Source: Candidatus Poribacteria bacterium (GTDB lineage Bacteria; Poribacteria; WGA-4E; WGA-3G). From it: a stretch of DNA of 64,000 nt. Shown here piece by piece: positions 62,662-64,000 of this stretch. Position numbers and translations under genes: made by a program. The stretch spans positions 1,024,001 through 1,088,000 of the forward strand of contig OZ219753.1 in the NCBI GenBank assembly GCA_964291315.2, read 5' to 3'. How positions within the stretch are numbered: the stretch's first letter is position 1; every line of letters starts with the position of its first letter. The notes beneath the pieces were generated by a model, which saw nothing but the letters and a program-made list of their open reading frames with translations, was not told the DNA's origin and ran no database searches.

Positions 62662-64000
62662 ATGCAAAGAATAGTATTGGCTCTCTCCACTTTTGCAGTG
62701 CTCATATTTGTGAGCGTTCCGTTCGCAGCGGCAGAATGGCAGATGAACCTCGTAACAAACAATACAAATGAAAATTTGTATGTAATCAGGAGCACATGGC
62801 AAGCTGAGGATACTAACAAGGGCATCCCCGCAGGGTTCTGGACCCGCGGCTCCTACCGGCTTGCTCCCGGGAAGTCCCGCATCTTTTATTCCTGGTCTAC
62901 TAACAGCATCTATTTCCGTATTTCAAACGCACAGAGTGCACTAAAACCACAGGGCAGCTCGGAGACGTTCCCCTTCTGGGTGCATCCCGACCGGTCGTTC
63001 CGCGTCGTCTCGGAGGGCTTTGAATCGTCTGTGACGGTGGATCAACTGCTCTACTCGGATCGCTCAAGCAATCAGTTAGTCCACTCGGACGGGTTTATGG
63101 AATATACGGGCGGTTCCGAAGTGATAGTGACTACGGAGTGGGTATCGCTGAGTGGGGTGCCGACAGCTCCAGCCAATGATGCGCTAGGCGATGGAGATAG
63201 TGGAAACGCCGGTGAGACTGACGCTGTTCCGGAATGGGTAGCGAGCGTGATAACAAATGCCACGGAAGCCGATCTATATGTAGTCTACGCGACGTGGAAG
63301 CTGGAGAACCTGAAAAAGGGGTGGCCTGAAGGGTTTCGGACGCGCGGCACGTATCGCATTCGTCCTGGGAAGGGGCGCGTGTTTCATGCGTGGTCAGATA
63401 ATGAGATCTATTTCCGGATTGCCAACGCTGCGGGTGCGTTAAAACCGGAGGTCAGCTCGGAGACGTTTGGGTTCTGGTTGCATCCGCGTCGTTCGTTTCG
63501 TTTGGTCTCGGATCAGGTTTCTGCGACAGTAGAGCAGTCGGGTCTGAGTTACTCGGATCGTTCGCCGGCGGATTTAGTGCGGTCAGATGGTTTTATGGTA
63601 TATGAGAATGGTTCGGAAGTGACGGTGACTGCTGATTGGGTGCCGTTAGCTCCTGTAGATGATGGGAATAACGGCAACGGGAATGCCGGTGACGATGGCA
63701 CTCCAGTGCCGCCTGAAACGCCAGCGCCTCCGGTAAACCCGTCAGCTCCTGCGGGCATGGTGTTGATCCCCGCGGGCACCTTCCAAATGGGCAGCACCAC
63801 CGGCGATGCGGATGAAAGCCCTGTTCACGCTGTGTCTTTAGATGCGTTTTATATGGATACGCATGAAGTGACGAACGCAGAATACGCCGCATTTCTCAAC
63901 GCAAAAGGCAAACACGCCGACGCAGACCATAAGTGGTTGGCTCTCGGTAGCAGTGATGCCCGCATAGAACGGATAGACGGAAGATATAGTGTGAAGGCAG
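62662..64000 (+). CDS. Secreted FGE-sulfatase (SUMF1-like) domain protein with a duplicated N-terminal domain; runs off the window and is absent from the ORF track
   Basis: AAGGAGG RBS, signal peptide MQRIVLALSTFAVL, open frame to 64000, MVLIPAGTFQMG...PVH.V.LDAFYMD.HEVTNAEY. Confidence 0.88.
   Translation, partial: MQRIVLALSTFAVLIFVSVPFAAAEWQMNLVTNNTNENLYVIRSTWQAEDTNKGIPAGFWTRGSYRLAPGKSRIFYSWSTNSIYFRISNAQSALKPQGSSETFPFWVHPDRSFRVVSEGFESSVTVDQLLYSDRSSNQLVHSDGFMEYTGGSEVIVTTEWVSLSGVPTAPANDALGDGDSGNAGETDAVPEWVASVITNATEADLYVVYATWKLENLKKGWPEGFRTRGTYRIRPGKGRVFHAWSDNEIYFRIANAAGALKPEVSSETFGFWLHPRRSFRLVSDQVSATVEQSGLSYSDRSPADLVRSDGFMVYENGSEVTVTADWVPLAPVDDGNNGNGNAGDDGTPVPPETPAPPVNPSAPAGMVLIPAGTFQMGSTTGDADESPVHAVSLDAFYMDTHEVTNAEYAAFLNAKGKHADADHKWLALGSSDARIERIDGRYSVKA

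Noticed and set aside
1-64000. CRISPR arrays, tRNA/rRNA genes, transposases, reverse transcriptase
   Set aside because: None recognised by eye; no regularly spaced repeats seen

Overview
A bacterial chromosomal segment. The gene content (lamin-tail and LamG secreted proteins ending in KLTTxWGxxK, PhyH dioxygenases, Gfo/Idh/MocA oxidoreductases, sulfatase, FGE-type protein) suggests Candidatus Poribacteria or a relative; this is an inference. Housekeeping genes include alaS (1-bp frameshift), recX, coaD, lpdA, ahcY, metK and rpsA, alongside an Rsb-like partner-switching/PAS kinase cluster and a TonB-dependent receptor with a sigma-54 promoter. The most striking structure is a ~3.3-kb type IIG-like N6-adenine methyltransferase cassette present twice in direct orientation, 22,133 bp apart. 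Each copy runs exactly from the -35 box to the stop codon, each is split out of frame at an identical G8 tract, and the two carry different target-recognition regions. This looks like a dispersed, phase-variable, multi-specificity methylation or restriction system. Strand G/C bias appears to flip around the first copy. I recognised no rRNA, tRNA, CRISPR array or intact transposase.
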